From: Auanema rhodensis | Lineage: Eukaryota; Animalia; Nematoda | Length of the DNA: 64,000 bases | Direction of reading: 5' to 3' | Assembly (NCBI GenBank): GCA_964057225.1 | Contig: OZ059894.1 | Span: forward strand, 13,578,001 to 13,642,000 | In this document: piece after piece, positions 41,003 through 54,371 of the stretch | Layout: each line of letters begins with the position of its first letter | Position numbering within the stretch: position 1 is the first letter of the stretch | Program-made: the position numbers and the translations under genes | Notes under the pieces: generated by a model | What the model saw: only the letters and a program-made list of their open reading frames with translations | The model's database searches: none | What the model was told of the DNA's origin: nothing

Positions 41003-43610
41003 AAATATTAATTAGGAAAATAATCTAAATCATCAAACATCAACTTTTATTAAATTTGAGATGATGACCGCTGATAAGATTTGCCTTTACTTTGCCTTTC
41101 ACCATATATAGCATAAAAGGATGATAATCAAAAGATCTGAATCTTCATCATAATCATCGCAAACATCTTCTTCTTCTTCTTATTCTTCTCTCATTTATCT
41201 TTATCTATTGATTTGCATAATATATTTATATTTTGCCCCCAAAAGAAGATCATTTAGAATCCATCAGTCGTAGGAAAATGTTCTTCGTGTGAATATTGGT
41301 TCACTTTGGGATGAATGACCCAGGTTGCCAAAACGGTGTTAAAATGAGAGAAAGAGAAAGAAGGAATAGACAGAAGGAGAGAGAAAAAGATTTTGGTTGA
41401 TTGGGGGGGAGTTGAATACGTCTACGAGGAGAAAGAGATCGAACGAGATTTCTAGTATGGATAACACAATAAAAGGTAAGCATGAAAAAGAGATATAAAG
41501 AGAATTATGAAGAGTACTAGAGAGAAAGAGTGAGTGCACAATATAGAGAGAAAGAGGAAATGAGAGAAAAAAAAAGATAAAGAGAGATTATTTGATTAAC
41601 TGAATCTTCACAAAATTCACATGCAACATAGTATTCCAATTTGTTTTTGTTTATGAATTAACTACACTTCAAATATTTCATTCGTTATAATACTTCTAAT
41701 GATATAATTAACTTCATTTGAATGAATAAAAACAAATAAAAAGAAAACAAATGTGTAAATACTGAGCAAACACCAGCTATTATATGAAAGAACGTTTCAA
41801 TTACAGTTTCAAACTGTATATTTCTTTTGATGTTTGAACATTTTAAGATATTCTCAAATTAAAATTAACAAGAAAAATCGAATACGAACCTAATTAGGAT
41901 ACAAATTTCGTTTTTGAAATGTAGTATATCTTCTTTGTATTTCAAAAAAATATTATTATTGAAACATTTTTTTGAAATCCCATTTCGCAACTTGATCAGA
42001 TGGTGGGACCTTCGGACAGTTGTGGTTATCCACTTCTTTAATGTTTCGTCTAACATTCCTTTTTTTACTTTTATCTTATTGCCTGATTTTCTCGTCCTTT
42101 GTAATTCATTAAACTACCCATAAAATCCAGAAAACTGAAAAAAGAACCCTTCCGTTCAACCGATTGTCGTCAAGTGAAGCCAGGTGGCTGCGGCGGGAGT
42201 TCATACGTCCTGTATCCGCCTGATTTACAAAATCCGAAAAAAAACTGATCTGATTGTCTATGATCGTGGATAGAATACAAATTACGTAGAACATGAAATA
42301 GAGTGAGAGTGAGAACGAGTCTAAGATATAGAGAAAGAGAGAAGACAAAACATTAAAAACTAAGGTTAAAATTAAAAAAATTCTGAAACGAGAAAGGAAA
42401 AGTAAAAATGAGAACATCAAGTGAAGATTCCGCTGGCTAAGAGAAAACTGTTAATTAAATAAAATTCAACGAATATGCTCACAATGGCAAGATGCTGAGA
42501 TTCTTTTTCATAGTTGAAGTTGAAGATATTGAAAATACAGCTTGAAAGCTGTTATCATCTGATATCTTTTTTTTTTTCAATGAAAGAATAATGATTTTGC
42601 CAACGTCATCAGCTAAGGAGTAGGATCATAATACAAATTCTGTAGAAAAGCCGCAACCAACATCCTGTTTCATGATGATCATGTTAACATCTAACATCAG
42701 TAATAGAAAAAGTCTGGTCTCTTGATAAGTGAAACACATAGCTTTGCTAGCACATTGCAGACTTTCATTAACTCATTATTGAAATATTTCTCAATTTATT
42801 TCAGTCAGATTGTATAAAAATTGAAATGAAAAATATATGCATATCTGCCGTTTAGTTGAAAAGCGCTTAGTATGGGTGGCCGGGACTGAAAACCTTTGTC
42901 ACTTTATCTTCTGGAATCTGGAAAAAAAACTTAAAAGGAATGATGAAATTGACTAATGAAGATGGTCTTGACATGAAGCAGAAAATCAATTTTCAAGCAA
43001 TTTCGTTTAAATTACGTAGTTAGCACTGACGTGTAGATAGCAAAGCTAGAGGAAAAGCTGATAGACGTACATGAAATTTGTGATGAATTGATAACATTTG
43101 ATCAAAAAAGTGGATCGTATTTGGATTCATTGAGTAAATGATTGAAATTCCATTCTTTTTGTCTTATATTATAAAAAATATTTATGAAATAAGAATGTTG
43201 ATGAATAGATAAACGGAGCACATGTGAGTATGTGTCGGTTTCAACTGAGGGGTATATCCTTGACCTGCAATAGTTGAGCAACTTATCTGATGTACTATGA
43301 TTGAGCATCTTCTTAAACTTGAATAAAAACAAAAAAATATGTTTATATAATTATATATAAATATATATTTATAGTAAAAACAATAATTTCTTCATTCTAG
43401 CAAACACAAACTCCATTTGTGATTACTGGCTGCCTGTTCTTGGGATTCGGATTTGCTATGCTATTGGTGTGTGCAGTTCTTCAACGCAAGAATGTTGTGA
43501 AATTCATATTGGATTTGAATCGAGATTTATATTTCTTGAATATGAACAAGAGTTATATGTGGAAAATGATGTTTGAAATGAGATCAGAATTACCATTATC
43601 AAATGATTGA
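40076..43610 (+). CDS. Small two-transmembrane protein of unknown function
   Basis: MAKISPGPPATP...PAMFM-EHSPGLSTKIKIPKRHYSREDPLERMATPMFDK-EEIRQRKKGPSSAATVLAMSGLFVVGVTLMTSGIIVLIL-QTQTPFVITGCLFLGFGFAMLLVCAVLQRKNVVKFILDLNRDLYF...SND*, with all junctions phase 0. A possible alternative first exon MYSNCLSIEENALP ends at 40586. Confidence 0.75.
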
Positions 43611-43924
43611 ATTTATTTGCAAAAAAAACATTTTCAACTTTTTTTAAAGAAGCCGTCTGTCTAATATTGTGATTTATTTCGGGTATTTGCTGTAAAATTT
43701 GTTATAATACGCTTTAAGAAATTAGAATTTTAGTCTTTTAATAAAGAAATTTTCATTTAATTTATTTTTCTTTGCTATGAGTAGTAGTCATACTAATCTC
43801 ACAAAAAAGAGATTAAAGGTCATATCATTCTAACAATAACAGTACAAGATGTTTTCTGAAATGTTCAGAATTGATATTAAAATAGAGATTGAGGATGTAT
43901 ATACAGAAAGAAAGAAATTAAAAG

Positions 43925-43936
43925 AGAGAGAAAGGA

Positions 43937-43977
<41 letters not shown>
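43925..43977. repeat. (AG)n microsatellite
   Basis: Directly visible. Confidence 0.95.
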
Positions 43978-43981
<4 letters not shown>

Positions 43982-44502
43982 TATGATACTGTTTGGCGGC
44001 TTGAGATAAATCTCCAAAAGAAAGGGGAAGACCTGTATTCTTACTACCTCATAGAGAATCATGAAATCTTTTTCTCTATCATTCAACAGCATATTTCATG
44101 TTTCCTTTTTATCTCTAACCCTCTTTTTGTCTCTCTCATACATAAATGCTATTTTGGTAATTTCCCTCCTTTATCTATGATTCTACCCATTTTCTCTACT
44201 TATAGCTCATCGCTGATCAGCATCTCAGGATATATCGGGGTCGTCCCGAAGGCTAAACAAGGAGTGTCCACGTAAATCAAAGAGGGTGATTGTCCTTCTT
44301 ATATTCTAGCTCCTCTCCAAATCACTATCTGTCTCTCATCAGCATTATTCTTATCCAGAAGACATAGAGATATCCCTTCTCTCAAATTCGTGTACTGTCT
44401 ATTACATCTCTATGAGAAAGATGTCTCTCTCGGATGGCCCATGGATAACACCCGCCTCCCGACTGGCCATCCGACCATCGAACTCCGCCCCTTCTGGACC
44501 CC

Positions 44503-44510
44503 ATATAAGG
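44503..44510 (+). promoter_or_regulatory. Probable TATA box of the collagen gene within a GC-rich proximal promoter
   Basis: ATATAAGG ~40 nt upstream of ATG 44548; GATAA/TTATC sites lie further upstream (~44351, ~44444). Confidence 0.5.
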
Positions 44511-44547
44511 AAGTATCTTGCTCCGCCTCTTTCGCAGTCTGTAAGAC

Positions 44548-45752
44548 ATGGAGTCTGACGGACGCCTTAAGGCATACAAGTTCGTCGCTTATGCGGCCGT
44601 TTCTTTTTCTATCGTGGCCGTTCTCTCGGTCGTTCTCACCTTACCAATGGTTTACAACTATGTAAGCCATGTGAGACGCCAGATGCACCACGAGATTTCT
44701 TTCTGCAAGGTTTGTACTTTTTAAATTTTTTTCTGAAAACATGTTAGCTCATTGATATGATTTTGACGATTTTTACCTTGAATATGGATTTCCTAATCCA
44801 AAAATTGAATTTTGACTTTTGTTTTATTTCATGTGATAACATCTATTACATTCTAAATATTTCAAAATGCTCCTATATGAGCTTTTATTCATTTTTCACA
44901 ACTTTTTTTCTTATTTTCGTTACTTTAGGGATCTGCTAAGGATATCTTCGCTGAAGTTAACTACATGAAGACCCAACAAAATGGACCAATGGCTCCACGT
45001 AACCGTACTGCTCGCCAAGCTTACGGAGGACCAGAAGTCAACCCTGCTCCAAATCTTCAGTGTGAGGGATGCTGCCTTCCAGGACCTCCAGGACCAGCTG
45101 GAGCTGCCGGAAAGCCAGGAAAGCCAGGACGTCCAGGAGCCCCAGGAACTCCAGGAGTACCAGGAAAGCCACCAGTCGCCCCATGTGAGCCAACCACTCC
45201 ACCACCATGCAAGCCATGCCCACAAGGACCACCAGGACCTCCAGGACCACCAGGAGCTCCAGGAGACCCAGGAGAGGCCGGAACCCCAGGACGCCCAGGA
45301 ACTGATGCTGCCCCAGGATCCCCAGGACCACGTGGACCACCAGGACCACCAGGAGAAGCCGGAGCCCCAGGACCAGCCGGAGAGCCAGGAACCCCAGCTC
45401 AAGCTGAGCCACTCACTCCAGGACCACCAGGAGAAGCTGGAGATCCAGGTTAGGATTTGTTTTTAATTGCTTACACATCTATATATCTAATTTGTGAACT
45501 ATAGCTTATTTTAAAATGTTTATAGGACCACCAGGACCACCAGGACCACCAGGACAACCAGGAGCCGATGGACCACCAGGACCCCCAGGACCAAAGGGAG
45601 CTGCTGGACCAGACGGACCACCAGGAGTCGACGGACAAGCCGGACCACCAGGACCACCAGGACCAGCTGGAACCTCCGGAGAAAAGGGTATCTGCCCCAA
45701 GTACTGTGCCATCGATGGTGGAGTCTTCTTCGAGGACGGAACTCGTCGTTAA
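44548..45752 (+). CDS. sqt-3: Cuticle collagen SQT-3/COL-1 orthologue
   Basis: Three exons (44548-44709, 44929-45448, ~45526-45752): [21 protein letters not shown]...[22 protein letters not shown]...[32 protein letters not shown]...[24 protein letters not shown]. Nearly identical to C. elegans SQT-3 as recalled; RxxR furin site and Gly-X-Y blocks. Confidence 0.93.
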
Positions 45753-48709
45753 GAAGCCATTCAAAATTCACATTACTATTCCCACGACGCCATCCACCTC
45801 ATCAGGAGCGTCTTCGACTTCTGATGAAGTCGTCGACTTTGTTGTACCTAGTGTCGATGCAATATATTTATATTTATTATTATTATGCCTTCAATATACC
45901 GCTGCTATTAATAAAGACAATTCGGCTGGTAAATCCTTGTTTTGATTATTTATCTTTTAAACCAAATAGAATACAACACAACAAATTATCAACATCATTA
46001 AGCTTTTTGTATTAAGATCCATTTTCACTTGATTGTTCTTTGAACATTACTTTCTCTCGCATGCAATCACATACAGATCCGCTAAAATCTTCAACCCAAA
46101 CTGGGAACAGCAACCTAGTCATCAAGCCAATCCAGTCCATTGTTCGTTTGTGATTATGATAGTTATCGTTCCGCTCGACATTTACATGCAGTTCCAAGTA
46201 CCGGCTTTTATTTCATTGAAATGCCCTCAGGTCAGTATGTACGCATCATATAAGATCAATTATTTATATATAATATATGAATGAAATATATTTATATAAT
46301 ATTATATAATACTTTTAATAGTATTTAAAATAATTATTATAAATCTATATATAAGGATAATAACTGTTATCATTCATTTTTCATAGAAAAAACGAACATT
46401 TCATATATTCAGAGATATCTTTCTATCGTTTTCATTAATAGTCAGTGAAAGTACTGTTGTAAATATCCATTTAATTGACCAAAAAGAATTCGAGAAACAT
46501 CATTTTCTTTATATAAAATTCATAAAAGAAAACTGTTGATTCGTTTTATGGATTAAGAAAGATTATGTATATTATATTTACCATTAACTATATACATATA
46601 TATATAATTAATTAATTATATAATGTGTACATATCTATTTATTTGGAATTAGATATGAAAGATTTTTTATAAAATCTACAATCGATCGCTTTCCTCAACA
46701 GGTCATCTAAACTAAACCGTATATGTATATACTATAGTCATATATTAATATTTTACATATAATAAATAAAAGTTTTCGACCTAACTACTACATATCTCTC
46801 CGAAAATCTTTTACGATTGTCTTTGATTTTAAATAAAATTTGTTATAAATAAATCTTTTTATTGTATTTAAATAGTAATTTATATTTAAGTATAATATAG
46901 TTAACTATATTATTATAATATGAAATTTTATATTTTATTATTCTAAAACGATTTAATTTTTCAGAATTTTATATAATGAACGTTTTAAGAGAAGGACTCC
47001 TTGATGGTAGTCATCTCTGTAGTTGGTCACATGGTCAAGTCCAGATCTTCCAGATAGAGGGAGAGAGACTGAAAGAGTTGATGATGTGAACGCCCTTATA
47101 AATATGAATAATATTTATCCAAAATCTATACATATATGTTAGAGAAAACTAAATTTTCTAGGATAATAAGAACAAGAAAAGGGAGAAATTGTGATTTTCT
47201 TATATTGAAGTTAGAAATTATACTTTTGACATAGCATAGTACATACATATATACACAATTTTGTGGAATTTTAATTTAATTTCGAAATCTTCTTCTCAGG
47301 AATTATTTGAAACCTTTTGCTTCGTTTTTAAGTCAATTATTGTTTGATTGTCTCCGCTATTCTCATCAGATTATAGCTTGTCAATGTATCGTTTTCACTT
47401 TTACCGTTTTTTCCCAGTTTTTAAAGGATTTTCAAATACTATTGAATCGAGAAAAAGAAATATAAAAACTGGATGAACTAAAGAAAAAAAGATTAAATTT
47501 AAAAGGAAAATGAATGTTTCATAAAAATAATAAAATATACTATACATACATGTATACATACATATTAACATATAAATTTATTGTATTTAATTATTTTGTG
47601 TTTAATTTTATTTGTAAAATTTATTATTTTTTTGGAATTTTATAAGAATATTGAAAATTAATTTATTTTTTATATGAGCACATCATAGTTGACAGTTAAT
47701 TTGAAAAACACTTGAACGGATTGATATTTTTTTTACCAAAATGCCGCTTTTTGGTGTTAAAGGTGTGACCCTAATTTCACATTTTTGGTCAAACGAAATT
47801 TTAGCTTTTTTCTTAACAAATCACTTTTCTTTCTAGTTTCGAGAAAAAGAAAAAACAAACAAAGAGAAAACATTTATTGAGAAATAACATGAGCCTGCTT
47901 AATAATCACAATAGAAATTTGGACCTAGTAGATATAGTATACAGGAAAAAATGAAATTCTTATTTAAAAAAAAAAGAAAAAACAGATTTCGATAAAAAAA
48001 AAGATATTTTAGAAGAAAAAAAAAATTAAAAAAAAAAAAAAAAACAAAGTCCAATTATGATTATAAACTATGCGTATACTCATACATGTATGTGTTTATA
48101 ATCAAATTTTAATCATATATAGATAGATAAATAGATATTTAAATTTTATAATATATTATAAATTTGTTTAAAAGAAAAAACATGAAAGATAAGGGAAAAA
48201 AAGATAAAAAAAACAATTATATATAGAATATATTCAATTAAGAAGATCTTATGCAGATATCGGATTAATAAGAGATATGTTCAATCTGAAAAGCCTAACC
48301 TTTCACACAGAATTTGAAAGAATTTTGTGAAAAAGAACAGCCTAGTTTCAAAAAAAAGTAACTATAAAAAAATCTTTTGTTATAATACATTAATTAAAAA
48401 ATTCGTATTACTTATATATATATATATTATTTTATAAAAATTAAAAACATTTGTGAAAGACAAATTGAACCAAAAAAGAAAGAAAATAAAACTAATTTTC
48501 TGTTCTTTTTTTTGTTTTAATAGAGAAGGCGTTCCATTTGGATAGGTGAATGAAAGAAAAAAAAACAAAATAGTAACAATCAGATGTGAAAGAATAATTT
48601 TAAGAAAAACAATTGGGTTCTTCAATTAGGATATAGATAATTAATTCTTCTATTTAATTATTTATATTATATTTTCTTTAAAATCTTAAGTCACAGACAT
48701 GTATGTTTA

Positions 48710-50048
48710 TTAGCTCATTCCTTGATTAACCATATCCATATTCTCATCTGGTTGGATTGATTTACAGTATTGGAATAAGATTTTTTGATAATATTCTCGT
48801 GGAGTTAATGTTCGTGCAGTGGAACATCTGAAAAAACAAAAGTATATTTTGTTAGTTTAGTTTATTAAATCAATGACTATAACGATAGAAAGTTATTAAC
48901 TACTCTACCTGCTTGTATTCAAATCTAAGCTTTCCATACTTGCCAATACTCTATCTGATGCGAATGATAACGTTCGAGGATGTTCAATCCACTGAAATAT
49001 TCAAGTTTAACTATTATTTTCTTTTTATTTATTTCAAATATTAACCTTAAAATAATAGATATCAGGAGGAACATACGGTCGACCTCCTATCCAGTTCAAA
49101 TCTGGTTGTCGTCCATTTATCAGACAATCAAGTAAATATTCCTTAAATTGTTTTTTTTTTAATTTTATTTTTATAAGCTTAACATACTTCTGGTAATTGA
49201 GCCAATTTATTCAATTGTTCAGGTGTTAACCCATAATTTTTCTGTAGAAAAGCTACATAACCAAATACTTCTCCAAGATGTACGACCTATAATATATTTA
49301 TGATTATTAAATATAAATTGGAATTATATATAATACTTTTCCACCAATTGTCATGAATGATCTTCCAAGACTTCTACCATAGAAATGAATATCTCGAATA
49401 TATTCTGAACCAACTAAATCGATGCACATAGTTGTTATAATTAATCCAAGAATTATATATGCCAATGTTGCTGGGAAAAAGTCCACATTTAATGGAACAA
49501 TATCACCAAATCCTATAAAAAGATAAATTATATATTTGTGTTTATTTTTTATTTGAATTACCTATTGTGGTAACAGTTACAAAACAAAAATAGAATGCAT
49601 CGAAAAAGGTCCACGATTCCCAATACCGTATTAAATAAGCTCCACCCGCTACGTATCCTGAAATTTATGAATTCAACATTTTTTTCTTTTTTTATTCTTG
49701 TATTTGTTAAAATTTTGTAATTATTTGATTATCATACACTTACACGCTCTATTCTGCACATGCACATTACGTGAACTTTTACGTATATTTACGTGAAAGT
49801 TCACGTAATTTCAAAATACACCAATTGTTTCCCTTGACATAGGAGGTGTTAGATTTTTATGAATCATTGTCTGGATTAAGATATATTTCGACATTGAAGC
49901 CATTCAATATATTTGCATCTTGTTTTACATTCAAACACAAGTCACGGCTTTTCTCTGATTTTGATATCCCTCGAGTATGACATTGCAATGCAAAGTACCA
50001 TGTAGTGGAAAAATATTCTTCCACACATATCGACCTCTTGAAAGCTTC

Positions 50049-50117
<69 letters not shown>

Positions 50118-53100
50118 CTCTCTTCCTTACTTTCTATCTTTACAATAAAATTTTAAAAAATGAATGCAAAACATACCTAACATAATGACAAGAATAAAAA
50201 CAACTGAAACACGACGTTCATGGTGAGGAGGTTCTATATCAACCTCTTCGGCCTGCGCTCTTGTGTCTTCACTGTGTGAAGCGCCGTCACTATTTTGAGT
50301 ATGAATTTCTGATATGTCTATAACAATATGTTTATTACAAAACAATATAATAATATAGTAAACAAACCTTCAAAAGTTCCAGCGTCAGAGATGTTGTCAC
50401 GTTGTTGCCGTTTCAATCGCTTCTTACTATTGTACAATCGTTGTTGTCTTTGTAAAAGTTCTATTGTTGGCATCTAAAAAATAAAAAAATATTTGATTTA
50501 AATCATTTTTTTGGTTTTACAATTGTTTTTCTTGGTCGTCGTTTAAATCGGCAACATAGACACTTAATGCATTTCCAACATTGGGCATAACAGCTATCCA
50601 TGAAATTCCGATAAGTGTTATGTACCCAGATTATTCCACCTAAATATACATATAAGTTACAATTCAAATTATATTATTTATATTTACCTGATAAGAATCG
50701 TCCCATATCAGCTATAGTAACGAGAATCAGTGGAATACCGAATAAGGCGTAGAATATAATAGCAATACGGCCAGCATTTGTACGAGGAACAATATGACCA
50801 TAACCTATAATACCATGCATAGTTTCAATAGGAACTGTATAATATTTTTTTTAAATTATATATTATATGATATAAACTATATATAAATAAAGTTTTCCCT
50901 CGTAGTACTCAAACTATACTTTTTCATTGGAATATTGCACTTGGAGAGCTTTGATTCCCTTTATGTATATGGCATATTCAGAGACTAATATCAAAAGCTT
51001 ATAAAAGAAATATAATGAAGCTTTTTCGTCAACTTTCTATTCATCCTTTTTGCGTTATATAGGAAACATAAGATGACCAAGATTTCTGACGGCGATCAGG
51101 ACACTTTGATGGACTTTTCGAAAAGCTGAGATGTACCCATGGGATACGGATAGTCTACAGCATAATGAGAGCTTTTTGAAAAAAAGGAAAGAAAGTACTA
51201 AAATATTTGAAACATTGTTGACAAATATATAAAATATGGATGAATAAACAAATAAAATGAAAATTATCACATTGAGAAATAACTAAAATCATTGAAAAAA
51301 CTCTTACCAATTGTTGTAATGGCTGTCCAGGAGAAGAAAATGGATGATTCAAATGACCATTTAAAAGGTCCTGTACCCGTTATAACATCATCCGGAGTCA
51401 TGTAATTACGTGTATAATCAACAAACACATCTCGAATAATCGAGTTCATTCTATAAAATATTATAAATTATAATAAATAAATAAATATTTGCTTCAATAC
51501 CCTCGATGTGCTGTATCTTCCCAAACGTGAAAAGGAGTTCCATTACCATGCATTAGCCATAATTGGTCAATGATTCCTTTTTTAATTCGTTGTACACGAT
51601 GTGCAGTTTCATTACGTAACTGTTCTTCGAACGGTTTTTCATACTTAATGTTTTAGTTATATTAAGTATTTTATAAATTTTATATTAAATGTCAACTTTT
51701 TATAAAATTAAAAAATATATGAAATTGAAAAATTTTTCAACTGAAATTACAAAATAGATTTAATTTGATGATTTTTAAATAGATTTTCTTTAATTTAATA
51801 TAGATGCTTACATGATAAAATATAGTTGCCCCTAGAAGGGTATATGCGGCAGAAAGGATAACCAAACCAACGTGTGGGAGAGCTATCCTCAGGTTCTGAA
51901 ATACGATTTTTGTGAATTTTCACCTTTTAATAATTAAATTATTTGTCAGATTGTTTCTAACATGATTAGTATTTTTATTTAATTTATGTATTTTTTTTAA
52001 ATTTATTAATCCAATCTATTTATAAATAAACTATGTTTCCAATCTTTTTATAGGATGTTCGGCTTTTTTTTTCTAATTTTTTTATTGCTTACAAACAAAA
52101 TAAAGAAATGTGGTGCTGAGTTGGACAGAAAATTCAGTGGATACTGGCCAACCCCTCGGGCCAAAAGCCCGTCGGTTGCTCCTCACTTGAAAATTCCCTC
52201 GAGGAGGTCAACAGACTCATCATTCATACGACCACCGAGACGCCGTATCGAACAATTTTCATACTTAGAGAGAAGAGAGATGTATATATCTATAAGATTA
52301 TAAGAATCTCAGATATGAAATCAAAATTATCGTCAAAGTAAAGAAAAGAAAAAGATAATTATCACTCAAATGCTTGATTGTAACTCTTTTTTTTTTTTTT
52401 GAAAACAAATGTCAAGCAAACAATTTCAGATTACTGTAGCTTCGCACTGATCATTAGCAATATTTCTTTTTTTTTTCGTTTAATTATTCACATTGAATAT
52501 GTTAGAAAAAGAATAAATAGAAATGATTCTCACCCTTTTCCATCTGGATTTTCGTTGATTTAGTTTGTTTTCTTGCTCATCTTCTACATGATCCAATCCT
52601 TCTTCTCCATCTGCTGCTCCGATACCGCTTCCACCGCCGTTACCATACAGAGTCAACCGCTCCGCACTAAATCAAAGCAACTTTTTATTAAGTTTGTTTA
52701 AAAAAAAAAGAAAAAAAATTATATTTTTGATTATTTCTGGTATTTTTAATTTCATAAAATATAATTATTTTATGAAAATTCAAAAAAAATGTGTGAAGAT
52801 TATGATTATATTATTATATTATTTATGTATTTATAGTATATTGTTGAAGAAATATATTTGATAAATCTGAAATATTAAATTATAATATATAAACTATTAT
52901 TATAAAAATAGAAAAACTTAATAAGTTTCATTATCTACAATTTTATTTGAGATACGTATAGTACATAGCTTACATGGCTGGCTGATCTGCGGAGTTTTTC
53001 CGTGTTTCGGTCAGAATGATAGTCTAATCAAGTGTGGTCAATAGAATTATAAAAGAAAAAATATTTTCTGAGACCCGACTAGGGTGATTTGAATGACATA

Positions 53101-54331
53101 GGTGACTACAATGTGTTCCGTTCTATCCAATGTTTGTCTCCTCCTCTACTTCTTCTTAACATACAGCGGTTTTAAAAATGACACCAAATAAGGAAAAATG
53201 ATGGGAATGGAGAAAAAGAGAACGAGAGATAGAGGAAGATAGAGATAGATAGACTATTTGAGGTAAAAGGAAAGAATATAAATTTAGAGAAAATACATGA
53301 CGGCACACTCGAAAGCAGTTAATCCTTAAGACAAAGCCGAGAAAAGAATGAAAAGGAGGCCCTATCGATAAGCCGACTCCTTCTCTCTTTTGGTTGAACC
53401 GATGCAACTCAGTCTAGAAGTCTGACATCTTGTAATGGCTATATTTGCCTTTTTTCAGACAACAAATGGCTTTTTGTTCAAAAAGATTTCTCAAATCGCC
53501 ACTTTACTCTGTTTCATTTTCACATAGAGAATTGAAGATATAGAGATAACATTTAAAAATTAAAAAAAAAGATTTTGTAAGAACACAAATAATTATTAGA
53601 CAAAGAAGAATCTACTTATTAAAAGAAAAAAGATGAGGATATGAGAATGAGGTTTGTCTATTTCGATGATTCGGCTGGGTGTTCGATGAAAAACAATTTC
53701 AAGCTTAAGCTTGGTATACCAACGAAACATTCAGTGTTGACGGATGAGATTTTCAATGAAATCTATGAATTTCAGAATATTGTAACGGGCTAAGAGAAGT
53801 TAGATTGAAAATCTTTTTTTTTTAAGTACGTGCCTCTCCTTCCATCTCATCGTCCAAAACTTTTTCATCAAAAATTCATAAAGTATGGCTTATATTTAAT
53901 TCAACAGTACAATCCATGTTAAAAATTCCGTGTCACATGTTCTCCAACCTGACGTAGTATTACTTGCTAATTCCTATTACTTCAAGTAAAAGTTAATCAG
54001 ACGGTTTTGTCTTATATATATTTACCAGTTGTTAAAGATGAAATGAAAAATAGTCTTGTTCATGTTTCTCTAGATCTCACTTTTCCCATCCTTTTCTCAT
54101 CCTTTGGTTTCAAACGTTTTCAGTTCGTTGAAAAATTGGAAGAGTTAGTTGGGAACTAGGAAAAGAAGAAAATCAGAAAGATAGTTGAAGTAAGGGAGTT
54201 TAAGGCATAAGTCTTATGAAAAGAATATTCGAATTTATGAGGGTTCCAGAGAAACATAGCACCCAAATAGAGGGATTACAGCATTAGACCTCACATCGAG
54301 CAATACAACGGTTCAATCTCTCCTTTTTCTC

Positions 54332-54371
<40 letters not shown>

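Noticed and set aside
45795-45850. Hammerhead ribozyme (CTGATGA on both strands)
   Set aside because: There is no properly placed GAAA or stem II/III on either strand.
44920-45945. Multiple overlapping and antisense ORFs over the collagen
   Set aside because: Shadow frames caused by GGA-CCA codon repetition.
51055-51155. Possible alternative pore exon in the TWK P1 intron
   Set aside because: No GYG/GFG continuation; it hits a stop in the required phase and has no convincing donor.
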